Origin: Macrostomum hystrix
Taxonomy: Eukaryota > Animalia > Platyhelminthes
DNA length: 64,000 nucleotides
Direction: 5' to 3'
Assembly (NCBI GenBank): GCA_950097015.1
Contig: CATNEN010000033.1
Coordinates: forward strand, 2,852,001 to 2,916,000
In this document: positions 47,865-60,470 of the stretch, one piece after another
How positions within the stretch are numbered: the first letter of the stretch is position 1
How the letters are laid out: each line of letters begins with the position of its first letter
Notes under the pieces: generated by a model
Seen by the model: the letters and a program-made list of their open reading frames with translations, nothing else
Told to the model about the DNA's origin: nothing
Databases searched by the model: none
Made by a program: the position numbers and the translations under genes

Positions 47865-50169
47865 TTGATCCGACAATAGTATTGCTGGATTTCTTTCGCC
47901 CGCATCTCCTGTGTCTGACGGGACAAATCAAGGCAGCCGCGCTGTCCGGCCTGAATCAAGCACCCTTTGTCCTTTGTCTCTCTGTCTGGCAGTATTTTTG
48001 TCAAACTTTGTGCTCCCATCGGCATCATGAATAATGCAGAATTTTTCGCTGTATTAAATTATTATCGGCGCTCAGATCATGCGTTGAATCTCATACCTCT
48101 GCCATGCTACTTATAAACCCATCTCAGTAGTAGGTTAAGGTTATTACACTTGCAAACTTATATTTGTTGTAAAGTTTTTGAGTAGTTTTCCTTTGCGCAT
48201 CACACTGCTGTACACTGCTGTTGCCCATCAAAAAAAGCATAGAGTTTTAGTGGTTTATTGTGCAAATTTTATTTCTGTTTTAATTTTTTTATCACATTTT
48301 TTCTATAGACTATTAAGAGACAACTCATGGTTTTGGTAAATGTTTTTACTCATTTTGACTGCACGATTATGCTTTTTCAGTAAATATTGGCCGCGCATTC
48401 TTGTTTTGGTTCTATTTTATTTTATTTTTATGTGACTGCTCGTGTTCCAGCTCAGCCAAAAGAATTACATGACCCAGCTGCGTCCGCACCTTTATTTCAC
48501 CTCGTTTCAGGCTTTGTACTTTAAAATAGAAAATGCTTTGCTTTAGAATCTCTAGCCTATGCCTATATCGCTTCGATTACATTTTTGCTTTATCCGCGGC
48601 CCATGACACAAGTTTAATCCTCGTTGCGCAAGACGTCAAAGACGACAGCCCGTCTGAGCTGCCTCAAACTGCTAATTACCTTGTATGCTGCTAAATAAAT
48701 ATATCATGAAAGCTGACTGAACAATAGTATTGCGTTGGTTCTGGCTTACTGATGCAAATCCTAAAACATCATTCTGCTTTTACTCATACTCATTTCTACT
48801 ATTTTTATGTCTGTCCAGTATTTCGAGGCCTAAGAGTAAAATTAAGTAAAACTGGAATATGAGTACTAAAATCCACCAGTGAGTAAGCACTGCTAAATTT
48901 CTTTGATTATTACTATCAACTGCGAACGCCAATGGGATGCTAGACTTTTATTTCTATTTTTTAACTTGGCACTTAGTCTACGAAGTAGAAAACTATTACA
49001 CAAAAGAAAAGAAAAGTAACGAGGATAAAAATTGGCGAAATGAAGTGAAGAGGAAAACCAGTTGGGAAAACGAAAAAAAAGTTAATGTACTTTCAGTCTC
49101 GTGTTCTAATTTTTCTAACGGGCTCTAATTTTGCCCGTCTCCTAATTGCCTGTGAGATGCTTACTTTTTTAGTCTTTCACGACCTCACTGTTCATTTTCG
49201 CCATTATGCCCACTTCCCTATAAACGGGGTCAATTACTAATTTGGAGATGATGGAGTCTGCTCGATTTGGTAGGGGAGTCCAGTACTGAATAATTCTCTT
49301 TTTAATAGTTTAACGAAGGAGTAAATTTCCTAGCTCTGGTTGGACACCATTACTGACTGTGCTCTGGTTTTTAATATTGCTTTGCAGTCCCTAAAGTTTA
49401 TCCTCTCAAAAAGGCTTCGATCCCAGGGGCCTCAGAATCCTAGAGATAAAAGCTTCCTCTGCGTCATGCTCATGAGTCCTCCAATGTTTTCTATCGTGGG
49501 ATTCATGGTTGTACAGAACAGAACAGCATTGATTGCTTGTGTCGGAATTGCGATTAACTGCCCACCAGCCTGCTAAGCCTGATTTTGGGTATCCACAATC
49601 CTCACTTCTTTCTCAGTATTGCTGCTACTCGTAGCATAAACGAACACACGCTGGCCAAGACTTCAGACTAACAATCGATCAATAATGAATTGTAGTAAAT
49701 AAGTCTACAGCAGCCTGGACTAATTATCGATTAGGAATGGGGGAACGAGCGCTAAAATGCTTAGGGCTATGTTAACTGGCTTGGGTTAAGTGTCAATAAT
49801 TGGAAGGAAAAGGAGGGGTGAAAAAACCAGACGCCCACTGAAGTGGGGTAAGTGGGGTGGATGAAAGCGATCGATAATAACCCCCCGCCCACTGTCATGC
49901 TACACACTCGCGAAGGGAGAGAAAAATAAAAATAGGCCGATGTGTAAAAAAATTAGCCGGCCTCCAAGCTCCAGCACTAGTTTATGGCCAAGAAAGGCTT
50001 CTAAAGTGTAAACAACTCTTATAAAATATAAATGTTGACTATGGTTCAATTTGCTATTGAAGAGTCCTGTGAGGCTGACATTTTGGCCGTAAAATCGAGG
50101 GTTAGTTTGATTGTAGATTTAACTAGATTGTGATAGGTTAAACCTTCAATTAAAATGTCGATAAGGAAC

Positions 50170-50335
50170 ACTGAACAACGCTGAGCAAGGGTTTTAGTGA
50201 ACATCGTTAAACTATGTCTATGGGGAATTCCCACAGGGAATTCCCTTTGGATTCTTGTATTTCAAACGTTAAGTGTGTATTTTCATTGAGCAACGCTGGG
50301 ATTCCCGCCATTAAATACCGCGGGGTTTTAATGGT
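50170..50335. repeat. Second copy of the dispersed repeat at 13195, with a ~25-nt palindromic insertion
   Basis: Shares gaacaacgctgagcaagggtttta...ttaaataccgcggggttttaatgg with 13195..13335 and carries an extra ggggaattcccacagggaattccc. Confidence 0.7.
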
Positions 50336-50537
50336 TAGTTGTGTCTATGGTTTTAGGCTTTGATAATGCTCAAAGTCACGAGTGGCGAAGCCACGAGAAG
50401 TAATTCAATATGCAGTTATTATGTCATGGCCAGTATGTAAGTTTATATTAATAAAAATGTAATAGGTCTATATTATGCTGTTAATAGGATATGCATCAAA
50501 CTGTGAGTTTGCTTAGTCTACATAGCACACAAAACTA

Positions 50538-52952
50538 GATCAACGGGCGTAAATTTACTTCCGTTCGCAAGATTATTTAAAAAATAAAAAATCGCGCTAA
50601 ATGCACGGAAACAGAACAAAACAGCGGGCAAACAGTGCAGTGCAGAAGCAATTCAGTTTATAGTATCTGTTGCAGATCAAGGTGGCTGGCCTCAAAGAAG
50701 GAGCCCTTGGGTATACTCTCCTGGTGGCGACATGTTTCGCAGTCTCAGGCATAGCCGTCAATGCACCGTTCGCCGCCCCGGTGCTGCAGATTAGGGATTC
50801 CAAAATCCTGACGATTGACAATCCCGGGATTAAAAAATCCTGGAAAATCCCGCACTTGAGTAATCCCGGGATCCCGCTTCAAACTTTTGGAAATCCCGGG
50901 ATCCCGGGTTCCCATACATTTCTTTGCTTCAAACATAGCTTCAATACTGATCTTTAGCCTTAATTTTGGTTCTAATGATCTGTTTGGACTTTTAGGGTTT
51001 CTATTGGCTTCTATCATTGGGTTATTACTTATTAGTTACATACAAAAATTCTTAAAGAAAAAAGCTTTTTTTGAAAAATAAGAATACCAGTCATCATAAT
51101 ATTGTCTACTCAGAAAGAAGTCAGATAGTCCAATTCTGGAATCAGGATCCACAGATGGCGACGAAAGCATCGATTGCTTCTGCTGAGCCTTTTAAAAATA
51201 GGCTCGAAGCAAGCAGAGCTTCGACAATGTTTCGTCGCCCAAGCGAGAACGAAATCTAGTCATTAGAACAGCGGCAGCAGAAAAAGCCCTTTCGGCTTTC
51301 ACACTCGTTGGTGGGATCGATAGCAACGAGCGAGCAGCAGCTTGCCAAGCTGGCCAGTCGAACGCATAAACTCGATTTCGCGCCCTATTTCTCGCTCAAT
51401 TTGACGCTGTACTAAGCCCACAACTGGTGCATCCGTGCAGCTTTCCAGCTTTCGCAACTCGGCCTCGAGCCGCTCTTCCATCGTTAAAGTAGGCGTCACC
51501 AGCGAAGAGCCGTCATTTTCACTGTACAAAAAGTAAGGGAAAGGAAATATAAATGTAGTGAAGGTATGGACCGAAGTTCAGAAGAAAGTTTTTAGAATAG
51601 AATAGAATCATTACCTGCTGATGCTGACCGAATTTACATCTTCCTCTCCAGCCGCAGTCGAACCGACAGGGAGCAGCGAAAGGGTCTCGGCAATCGAAAT
51701 TAACGTATATTTTGCCGCATTTAGTTCCGCATTTTTGTTGCCAACGTAGCCCCCTGCGCTTCAAAAATTGCAGTGCCAGAGCAGTGCTACCCTGTCGCTC
51801 AATAAAGCGGTCCTCTAGAGCCTTTAGCAGCTGCTGAGATAGCCTGCTATTTTGATTTTTTAGCTCCAGTACGGCAAAATTAAACGTAGCAGCAGCCTTA
51901 AGCAAATTGTAGTTGCGGCTGGATAGTTTAGATATAACTAGCTTGAGTGGCTGAAGCGTAGTCTTAGACAAACTCTACTGTACCACACTATATAGTACAC
52001 TGTGTCACTGACTACACTAGTACTTACTATCTACAATATAACTAGGTCAAAATGTGAGATTAATTTGGACTCCAAAAAATTAAGATATAATTATTGCTAA
52101 AAGCAATAAATTGTCCACTATAGATAGTTAAAAAGAAGAGATCTGGTGATTAGATATTTAGTATATTAGATATAGACCGATATTCGTTAAGTATATTTGG
52201 ATTTATAGAAGCGTGAAACGTGATAAGTAACGATAACGACATCGTTAAAAACATAATATAATCCCGATGAAATCCCGGGATTCTAGGCCCAAAATCCCGG
52301 GATCCCGAATCCTGGAGTATTTGAATCCCGGGATTACATTCGCCTCAAAATCCTGGGACTGAAATCCTGGCTTTAGAGGCCAAATCCCGGGATCCCAGGA
52401 TTGGAATCCCTACTGCAGATTCATTGGCGTACGCGCAGCACATGGGCATGTCCGCTGATTGCTGAGCAGTCCATGCCGCGCAAGCCAACGCATGGTCTCA
52501 TCCACATTTGGCGTTACTGACATTGGGTCCCTTGAGTTGAGGTTGAGCTCTGTCGACTGTCAGTGCTTGAGCCGGCAGAACTTCGTTGGGAGGCACAATC
52601 CATGAAGGTCTAGGTGGCCGTACAGCCATTCTCAGTTGGAACCATGGAGGAAAGAATAGATTGAAGAATATATATTCTTTCCTCCATGGTTGGAACTTGG
52701 AAGCTTGGAAATATTGTCTGATTGAAGTCAATATTGTCTAGTGACTTCAACCTGTTAGAAACCTTTCTAACCTGTTAGAAATATGTTGCGATTCTTTCTG
52801 CTCTTCAGAAAGAGCAGAAAGAAAGATGTTGCCAAGCCGGTTATGGCCATAGATAAGTATGAAAAATTCCATGCCACATCATTTCCGTGCGTTTGACACG
52901 ATTTTAAAATTTAAAAAATAATTTCGCGAACGAAAGAATATTTACGCCGATC
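50538..52952 (-). mobile_element. Merlin-type DNA transposon remnant (non-autonomous), interrupted by a hAT insertion
   Basis: Imperfect ~75-bp TIRs at 50538..50611 and 52882..52952. Removing the hAT and one TSD copy restores VDETMRWLARHGLLSNQRTCPCAARTPMNLQHRGGERCIDGYA*DCETCRHQESIPKGSFFEASHLDLQQIL*, which matches the Merlin/IS1595-type N-terminal pattern C..C...M.L...DG..W.C..C...SIR.GSFF..S.L. Confidence 0.75.
50792..52412 (-). mobile_element. hAT-superfamily DNA transposon (decayed, 1.6 kb) with 8-bp TSD CTGCAGAT
   Basis: TIR TAGGGATTCCA(AA)ATCCTG at both ends; identical flanking CTGCAGAT at 50784..50791 and 52413..52420; multiple subterminal AATCCCGGGAT motifs. The frameshifted transposase C-terminus ends LLSIPPTSVKAERAFSAAAVLMTRFRSRLGDETLSKLCLLRAYF* (hAT dimerisation domain, stop at about 51192). 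Confidence 0.93.
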
Positions 52953-53559
52953 AACAAACAGACTTATCGCATGCTTTGTATTGGAGCGTATTGATACAAG
53001 CTGCTATGGCGATATTTTAGGAATCAGGATAAATGCGCTTCGAGCGTATCTCGGCACCAGCATTCAGGGTCGTATAAAGAAAGCATGGTACGAGCATTCT
53101 GTACTTTTCTAATTTTAAGTACCTTTCAGAATTTTTTCATGTTTCAACTTTTTGAACGCGTGGAACTTTCCGCCCCGTTCTCCGTTCGCTTCTGTATATG
53201 AAATGAGTGGGGTGGGTGTTTATAATTGAGGGAGAGGCGGGTGAAGAGACAAAGGAATTCCCCAAGGTCATTTCTAGACGAGAATTTCTAGACGACTTGG
53301 AATGAGGCCGAATGACTTTCTAGTTAAAAAAGAGGCAGAATCACTTCCAATTGAAAAGAAAGAAGCGGAGTGACTTTCTAACTAAATAAGAGGCGGAATG
53401 CCATCTAATTGAAAAGAAAGTGGCAGAAAGACATATGTGTCGTCGCTTTGACATAGTTTGACATTCTTAGCGTTAATAAAAAGTTACCAAAATGGAGCTG
53501 CTGGACATTTAACAAGTGGCACCAGCTGACTATGAACACCATATTTCGCTGATCAAGCC

Positions 53560-53800
53560 TCAATATTGGGCGAAGCTCAACCACAGGACCCTCGCCTAGT
53601 CTGTCAACCAATCAGTCACCAATCAGACGCCGCCAGCACCTTGAGCAGGGTGCCTCCAGCTGGCTGTGGAATTTCTGCACTTGCACTGATCCATTGCCTC
53701 GATATTGGGCTACACTCAAGGTCCAGCAGTCTAGATAATTGTCGGTGACCAGTGAAGTCGGTGCGGATGCAGGTACATTCGGACGACGTGCGATTAAGTT
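53560..53800 (-). mobile_element. Possible highly decayed gypsy-type integrase fragment
   Basis: LVTDNY...AQYRGNGSVQVQKFHSQLEA...LRPILRLDQRNMVF loosely follows the integrase pattern SDNG...YHPQ.NG.VERFHRQLKA...AE.V.G; stops and shifts are present. Confidence 0.35.
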
Positions 53801-54098
53801 TAAAGGCCTGGCAAGGCCGCACTGAGGCGTAGTGCAAAGTAGTGTATAGGGTTTAATAATTGTCGGGGGGTAATTCCCCATCCCTGGCAGTTGTACCGTT
53901 AATCTGTATTCATATGGTATAAATAATGAAGATTACCTTCTAAGTGGAGTTTTTACGCTAAAAAAGCAAGCTACGAAGGGTGTCCAAAAAGTAGTGATAC
54001 GTTTGGCTTTAGATCTTCACTGCGTGATTGAGGAAATTCAACGAGCATGGTGTCATTGGAAAGCGAATAGTTTCATCTTTTATTTGACTACTGAAATA

Positions 54099-54725
54099 CG
54101 AGGGTCACTCAGAAAGTCTTTAGCCTGAACAAGAAAACAGCAGCATATGAACTAAAAAACCATTACAACTGCTCAAAGTACTCTCCCCCCCGCATTGATA
54201 CAGGCTTGCATCCTGTGGAACCAGCTGTCGAAGCACTGCCGCCAATCCTCATCCCGGAGCTCCCCGATGACGTCTTTGAACTCATTCACAGCTTCTTCCG
54301 GCGAAGAAAAAATCTGGCCCTTTAATATCTCCTTGCACGTCGGGAATAAAAAAAAGTCGCACGGTGCCAGGTCTGGACTGTACGCAGGGTGAGTCATCAG
54401 CTGGACACCACAGTCGGCCAGAAACTCGAGAGTTTGAGCTGCCGTGTGCGCACTGGCATTGTCGTGGTGCAGAAGCACCCCACGCATTCCGCACCTTGGG
54501 CGCTCTGGCTCACAGCAGAAAAAACTTTGGGCAGGCAAACCGTTGTGTACCAGTCAGCGGTGACTGTCCGGCGATCTTCCAGTGAAACGGAAGCCACATG
54601 TCCAGTGCGCATGAAGAAGCAGGCCACCATCTGCTTGCCGACACTCCGGTTGCGTCGAAACTTGGTTGGGCTGTCCTCGTCTCTGAAGGTCCACATGGAT
54701 GACTGGCGCTTGTTTTCGGGGTCGT
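54099..54725 (-). mobile_element. Mariner (DD34D) 3' half, 5'-truncated, inserted into the TIR of another mariner-like end (53974..54096)
   Basis: TA|cgagggtcactcagaaagtctt TIR; transposase KQMVACFF...WYTTVCL / LLHHDNASAH...HPAYSPDLAPCDFFLF with one frameshift; 34 residues between the second and third Asp. An upstream TA|cgaagggtgtccaaaaagtag end is at 53974. Confidence 0.9.
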
Positions 54726-55548
54726 ATCAGGGCCTGAGCTGACACTCTGCCAATGGAGAATTGTGGTGCTGACGAGGATTGCAGAGGAGGCGACAGATTC
54801 GGTGACTGCTGCAAAGTGCGGAGGGTGGCATCGCGAAATGATGCGATTTATCCCGCGGTGCATCAATGGCGTGCCTATTCTCTGAATTTTTTTTATGTTC
54901 AGAACTAACAAATCAGCATGATGATCTGTTGGCTTCCTCTGTTCTGTTCTGTGTTTCGTTCCCTGTAGGTTTGAATTTATGATGTCCCATGTACATAGGC
55001 TTTGGTTGGTTTGTGCGAAATTGAGTGCCCCCAGGATTAAATTGAATGGAACGAAACGGCAGTTTTGGCCATAGAACCCCAGAGTCTCTCTGACTTCGTG
55101 TGTCTCTTTCCCCTTTAGGACTAAATTGATTGCTCGTAGGACCAAATTGAATGGGAAATGCTATAGTTCCGCAATTAGCATGCATCATCATCATCTGGAA
55201 GGGGAGTTTTTTCGACATAGTTACCACAGGAAATCACACACTTGCCAGCGAAAAAAACAACAAGCCATCAATCGCATCTGCGTAGACCTGTCGCGGAATC
55301 ACGTGAACGAGGATTCGGCGAACTTCCTGCTCCAGATGATCACGGTTGGCGTTGGCATGGCCTCTCAGATGGGAGCAGGGCGACGTCCGCAGGTGCCAGA
55401 TCTGGTGAGTTTGGAGGATGAGGAAGAACCTCGAACTTTAGCCTTTTAGTCGCCTGCATTGTCTTTTGGGCAGTATTCGGCCGGGCGTTATCATGGTGCA
55501 GTATGAAAGGCCTGACTTCTGAGTGCCGCTTGTTCTGGATGTCCGCCC

Positions 55549-56311
55549 TCAGGCTGGCAAGAAGAGATGAAACGGTCTACGGTCTGCATTGATCGTCGTA
55601 TCTGGTTCAAGGAAGTCAATGGTGATTGGGCCACTGCAGTCAAAGAACAATGACAGCATGATCTTCAGACAGTATCTCACGCCTAGCCTTGAGTGGCGGA
55701 TCGGGACCTCTGACTGCCCACACTTTTGACTCTTGGTTTGTCGGTAGGTCAAAATGTGGAACCCACGTCTCGTCAACAGTGACAATCAATTGGCTCCAAC
55801 CACCAGATTCCAACCATCACGTTGACTGACCAGATCCAGGTTGCATTGTCATGTCTGCTGGTGCTGCAGTCTCAGATCAGGTTTGAGGAGCTTTGGGACC
55901 CAACGGGAACTCAGAGTTTCACGAAGTCCATGCTGGTCAGGCAGAGATGAATTTTTGATGGCGGGTTGTCGAGTCTATCTGCCATCTCACGAATTGTCAG
56001 CCTGCAGTCTTCTTCTAGGAGTCCAGAATCCGGTCAGCCAAGGCTTCATAACCTGGTGCCAATGGTCTTCCTGACCTGTGCAAGTCAGCAACATTTGTCC
56101 TCCCTGACTCAAAATTTTCGATTCAGCGGTACACCGTCAAGCGACTTATCGCTTCAGCTTCATGAATGCTGCACAGATGACGGTGGATCTCCGACCCACT
56201 CTCGGTGGATGCTCCACAAAGTGAATATAGCATGTCGCTGCCCTTCCTTGGAGTGCACAATCTTGATTTGCGTTTGTGCAGAAACTGCCCATTCTTGAAA
56301 GAAGCGCTCAA
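55549..56311 (-). mobile_element. Decayed mariner transposase fragment
   Basis: EIHRHLCSIHEAEAISRLTVYR, SSRWVPKLLKPDLRLQH and KIMLSLFFDCSGPITIDFLEPDTTINAD occur in successive shifted frames. Confidence 0.8.
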
Positions 56312-56691
56312 TCAAGTTAGTACCTTAAAGAAACTTTGTCATGAATTTTAACCATAGACAGAAGCAGCACTTGTCAGAAATCTATTTACTATTGGCTCAT
56401 CTATTTTTCAGCTGCATCCATGCCAAAATTATTTGTCGCACTCTGTCTTATTATTATATAATTCTGTATAATTCTTTGATTATGATATGGCCATATTTTG
56501 ACGACCGTTGATGATAGAAAGAGATTATCATCAATAATGTTATATTTATAAAAACAAATAAGCAACAATAGAAATAGAACATGTGATAGTTGGTTAGTTG
56601 AATAAATGAATTGTCAGTTGTTAGCTCGAAAGCGTGTGATAATCGGTCATTCGGTTAGCCATCCGACTAGTTGCCGAAGTTGATAGTACAG

Positions 56692-57045
56692 TTAGAGAAG
56701 CGGCAACCAGAAAAAAACACCGGATAAATTCTGCCTAATTAGCATAATACGAGTACTCTGGCTACGCACATCCTCCACATTTGACTCGGATGCCATCTCT
56801 TGTTCAGGTACCAGTATGTGACGTGTCCTGGCCATCGCTCTTTCAGTACTGGAACCATTCGGTTGTAGAGCTTCTCCCACAGTTGTAGCCATGTCTCGCA
56901 GTGTGATCACGCTTCCTCGATACCGCCTAACAGTCGCCTCGCTCTGCTGTCCCGTGATACTCATGATATCGGACACTGTGAAGCCAGCTTCATGCAGATC
57001 GGCAGCCCTAGTTACTCTAATGAAATAATTCAGGCAGTGACTCAC
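56692..57045 (-). mobile_element. Tyrosine-recombinase C-terminal fragment (Crypton-like)
   Basis: HCLNYFIRVTRAADLHEAGFTVSDIMSITGQQSEATVRRY matches the H..R(x)..L...G....IM..TGH.S....Y catalytic box, with the expected His seen as Gln. Confidence 0.55.
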
Positions 57046-57304
57046 GCGCCACTCTGTCCAGCAGCATGTAACTGCACTCTTCCTAGTTCACGGCCTGAAC
57101 CCGTGACTCCGGATAAGGCAGCTGTGTGGGAATTGCGCTGCTTCCGTCAGCTTGGACGCTGCCTTGTTTGGCAGGAGTTCTGAACCTGTGCTGCTGGACT
57201 GCTGTGGCTGTTCGCTCTCGAGCGCACATCCGTGCCCTTGGTGGCAAGCTTAACTGTGTACAGCAGTCCCTGTAGAATTCTGTCCAGAGTTCTGTACGAG
57301 ATGT

Positions 57305-57840
57305 CCAGTTTGTCGGAGAAATGTTGTTTACCCGCTGTGCAATCTCGCTCAGGGTGAGGAACGGGTTGCGGTTCACCTCTGCTTCCAGAGATTCACGAAT
57401 CTCCTCATCCACCTTGCATCTTGCTTCTTTTCGGCCTCCACGAGGCCTACCGTCCATCCCTCCCTCATTCCTGTACAGCCTCACGATGCGATGAGCAGTT
57501 AAGCTTGGCAGCTGAAGGATTATTGCTGCGTCCTTGACCGATGTGCCTCAATCTATTTATTGCCTCGATGAGCCGACGTCAGTCAACTGGACTCACAGGT
57601 GGTGCCATCACCAGCAAACTGGAATGATGGCTGAGAAATATGGCTGGCTAATGCTTAAATGTGCTGCCACGCTAATAAACTAACTGCGCGTTGCCATTTT
57701 GATAGTCCAATTCTCGTTTCGATCTTCAAAAGTCTGTGGCCTAAGCCGCAGATGCTGCGAAGCTGAGCTAAGCTGCTGCATGCAGATCTATGGCTGTCTT
57801 CATTTTGATTGTCCATTTTCTCATATTGATTGTCAATACC
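57305..57840 (-). mobile_element. 5' fragment of an IS630/Tc1-like transposon related to the 11.6-kb element
   Basis: GTSVKDAAIILQLPSLTAHRIVRLYRNEGGMDGRPRGGRKEARCKVDEEIRESLEAEVNRNPFLTLSEIAQRV parallels LVERLPRGGGRPKLLTEDLIESVKLLIEETPNVTLASMRDHL. It is truncated before the DDE domain, and its boundaries are approximate. Confidence 0.65.
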
Positions 57841-58109
57841 AATAATACTTTTTCAAATTAACGAAAGCCTTAGTCCTTCAAAGTAACTTCCAATATATTT
57901 AACAGTGCGCTCCCAGCGACTTGGTAGCTTCTGAATACCGTCAGCGGCCTCAGATGTGCACAAGTATTTTGCAATGCGACCGACCTCGCCAATCAAGTCA
58001 TCCTAGCTAGGAGAGCGGCGCCCACGAAGCTGGCTCTTGAGTTTAGTGAATAGGTAAAAGTCGCAGGGACTGAGGCTGATGTCTCAGCAGCATTGCTTGA
58101 CAGCCATTC

Positions 58110-58750
58110 GGGATTTTGACTTTAAAGATTCAGCTCGTACGAGCAGGCCCACGTCTCGTCAAGTGTCACAATACGCTTCAAAAAAGCTGAGCCCTCTCTT
58201 TTAAACCTCCGAAGAAGCTGCTGGGCAATCGCCACCCTGCGTGCCTTATGGTCATCCGTAAGGTGTGGCACCCACCTGGCAGTGACTTTCTGCAGCCCAA
58301 GGTCTTGGGTGAGGATGCGATGCACACTTGATGACGGAATCCCAATCAGATCAGCCATCGCAGATCCAATGGCGATCGACGTTTAAAAGACCCTGGATCA
58401 ATTCAACGTTTGATTCCAAACGCGCCTCTTTGGGTCTACCAGACCGCGGGTCATCTTCGATGGACGACCGTCCATTCTTGAACCGACTATACCAGTCGTA
58501 CACAGCTCTTTGACTCATATGTGCCCCATAAGCCTGCTGTAGCTGCCGATGAACTGAGCTGCTGGCACATCAAGAAGACACTCCGTCCAGATATAAGTGC
58601 GCTGCTCGAAGTTTGATGGAACCTCCATTTTTATATATTTTTCTTTCATTGGCTAGTTCTTAAATTGATAAGTCACAAATTGTGTTATATTGGGTAGCAT
58701 TTTTAAGCTGGCTAGTAAAAAACTATATGCAGATCGAAGACGTTACTTTT
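58110..58750 (-). mobile_element. Mariner 5' half, decayed
   Basis: MEVPSNFEQRTYIW (ATG 58628)...DDPRSGRP...WVPHLTDDHKARRV...RIVTLDETW; frameshifted and truncated after the first Asp. Confidence 0.88.
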
Positions 58751-58901
58751 TCTTGTGCTCAAAGGCTGCCACCTCACCAGCTGGTCTAGCTTGTCGGGAT
58801 GCGACAGTATGCTGACAGTACATTTCGACGCCCATCGCCCATGCGATGGGGCTTATCGATGACCAACTCGGCGCCCTGCTTGACAAGCGTGCTGAAACTT
58901 G

Positions 58902-60470
58902 TCAAGTCACGCTGTTTGCCACGATGCGTAGGAAACAGCAGACATTTGCCAGGCCTGACTCGGATGTTTCACTCGGCGAAGTACGAGTATGGCAATAGAA
59001 AGTTGTCGATCCATTGCAGTCGAGACATTCGCCGACTTTGCGTGGCGCAGTACAGCTTGCACCTTTACCACGACCGCCGTTTTTTGTGTGCCACTTTGGT
59101 AGGCGGCAGGACAGTGACAATCGTGGAGGACGTTGATACGCCACTATTGAGTGCAGCATCCAAATAGCAACGCCGGATCGCGACCCAAGGACGTTGTCGA
59201 TTGGCATGGACAATTGCTGCACAGAAGAATGGCAGTTCACGAGTGATCGGCATGATAAATGCATTCCATTTGCCGACAGTGTTGGCCATTCGACGTGCAC
59301 ATTGCCCAATGCGACCCCAGTAGCCCTTCACGGGTAGATGAGACCACGAATGTTTGGCGACCATATCAATCAGGCAGTCTAGCCGGCCGTGAATGATGCG
59401 CCATTCGTCAGCGGTCAGGAACTTATCCGTGTAGGACAGCTGGCGTTCGTCATCGCGCAGGTGATAAATATTCTCTTGCCGCTGACGAATCAATCCAATG
59501 CAAGCCTGTACATGTTAAATGGTTATTAAAGAGAGCTATATATATTAGCTAACATGCGAGTATACAACATGCGGCACAACAGTACTGCTCACCATGATTG
59601 ATTCGATGCGGCTAGTCAACAGACCAGATACTGCAGTCTGATGATAGAGAATACCATCTTTGCGCGGGTCAGGACAGACAGGCAATTCAGACGCGGCCTT
59701 GACAATGTCGGCATGCACGTTGGCAACCAATCCACCTGGTGGCGGGGTCAATTGGAACGCGTTCATAACACTAGGAGCACCGAAGTCATTGTTGGCTGCT
59801 AGAAATTTATTCGCGCCGCTCAATATGTTATGAAGCTCGTTCATTCGCTGTCCAACAGTCGATGGTTTCCAGATATGGCGCTTCACCATCTCGTCCAAAT
59901 CGAATTGGATGCGCGCTGGATTGATGAACCACATCTCGACTGTGACATTGACTGCGTGTAGGAGACGACTAGTTGTAGCATGATAATTCCACTGGATTGC
60001 TTTCCTACGGCTAACATGCGATGCGTTCTCTTCTACACAGCAATGACCCTTGAACCAGATGTCGCCGACATTGTCTAGTTGCTTGTTCATGTGTTCAGAT
60101 GCAACGTGGTAGTATGGGCCATCGAAAACAACAAGCCGAGACGTCTTGTGCCTCCGTTATTGCAATACAAGCTCCTCTTTGGCCAATCGCTGCTCGTCGT
60201 CACTGACAGAATCATCAGTATTTTCCACGTCAGATTCGCATGTCTGAGTTTCTGCTTGTCGCTGACTGACAGGGTTCAGCAAACTGACAGCATTGGTGAC
60301 TCCGACTGGAACATAATCTGACGTATACAGGAATTGCTTCTGTCAGATTGACCAGATTCTGCAAGCCAGTACACATGCTATTAACGCGCGGATGTTCAGC
60401 ATTGTGGGCTTGCTGCAGAATCTCGTTTAGGCCGGCTTTATTCAGACGCAGTCCATTGATAAATTCTGTT
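58902..60470 (-). pseudogene. Decayed spliced ORF of uncertain identity (weak piggyBac-like features)
   Basis: ORFs 59545..60090 and 59065..59493 join in frame across a 48-nt GT-AG intron (59506..59553). There is an upstream in-frame stop and frameshifts. RLVVFDGPYY, HGRLDCLIDMV..YWGRI..WNAFIM and a Cys-rich tail give only weak motif similarity. Confidence 0.35.

Noticed and set aside
55126-55449. YHRKSHTCQ resembling the H..H..C motif of Kyakuja-Dileera-Zisupton transposases
   Set aside because: It is a single short motif with no other KDZ/CxC features, and the flanking frames are broken.
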